NCBI RefSeq assembly: GCF_048593235.1
Contig: NC_133618.1
Span: forward strand, 200,126,221 to 200,190,220
Origin: Sminthopsis crassicaudata
Lineage: Eukaryota
Direction of reading: 5' to 3'
DNA: 64,000 bases
This document shows, piece after piece, positions 63,716-64,000 of this stretch (position 1 is its first letter; each line of letters begins with the position of its first letter). The notes under the pieces were generated by a model. It was given only the letters and a program-made list of their open reading frames with translations. It searched no databases and was not told the origin of the DNA. The translations under genes and the position numbers were made by a program.

Positions 63716-64000
63716 AGCATCAGTATATAGAATCACTTTGAAAATAAAAAGACTTTCTGACCATGAACAATTTGATATCACTGAAAGCACTGCATATTTC
63801 CTCAAATGTTATTGTGCCCTATTTCCTACTACCCATTTCTGGCCTAGACTCTTGTTCATCTGCTATAAGACACATTCAAACACAGATACACACATGCATG
63901 CACACACACACACACACGGAATAGATTAATAAACTGTTCATACAACTACATTTCATAGTCTGGACAATTGTAAATGTTTAGGATGCTCTCTCCTTCATTG

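Noticed and set aside
1-64000. CRISPR array, rRNA/tRNA genes, endogenous viral coding sequence
   Set aside because: No regularly spaced repeats, no rRNA or intact tRNA (tRNA-like boxes are SINE heads), and no ORF resembling gag/pol/env or non-retroviral proteins that I can recognise; a tBLASTx against viral proteins would be needed to exclude highly decayed EVEs.

Overview
AT-rich, strongly CpG-depleted, non-coding mammalian DNA from a marsupial. The repeat complement (young WSINE1-type SINEs, Mar1/MIR CORE-SINEs, marsupial L1, an RTE LINE, L2, L3/CR1, hAT MITEs, ERV solo LTRs) points to an Australian marsupial, probably a dasyuromorph (inference from memory of repeat consensi; no database search run). 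No intact protein-coding gene, rRNA, tRNA or CRISPR array is visible. The listed ORFs are L1 or RTE fragments, low-complexity artefacts, or short ORFs with no recognisable homology. Best-supported structures: two solo LTRs with 6-bp target-site duplications (141-508; 2273-2736, nested in a Mar1 SINE), several L1 insertions with readable TSDs, a triple-nested L1 (45.7-50.3 kb) and an L2 carrying three later insertions (29.9-32.6 kb). Between the repeats lie unique, motif-dense islands (4.7-5.4, 9.9-11.0, 23.6-24.8, 27.2-27.4, 55.4-55.7, 57.0-57.4, 61.1-61.9 kb) that look like enhancers or a promoter. The most intriguing but unproven hypothesis is a minus-strand transcript starting at a TATA promoter near 55.7 kb and splicing to small exons at 15.5 and 10.9 kb. 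I found no evidence of a new biological system beyond these candidates. Repeat boundaries without TSDs are approximate.
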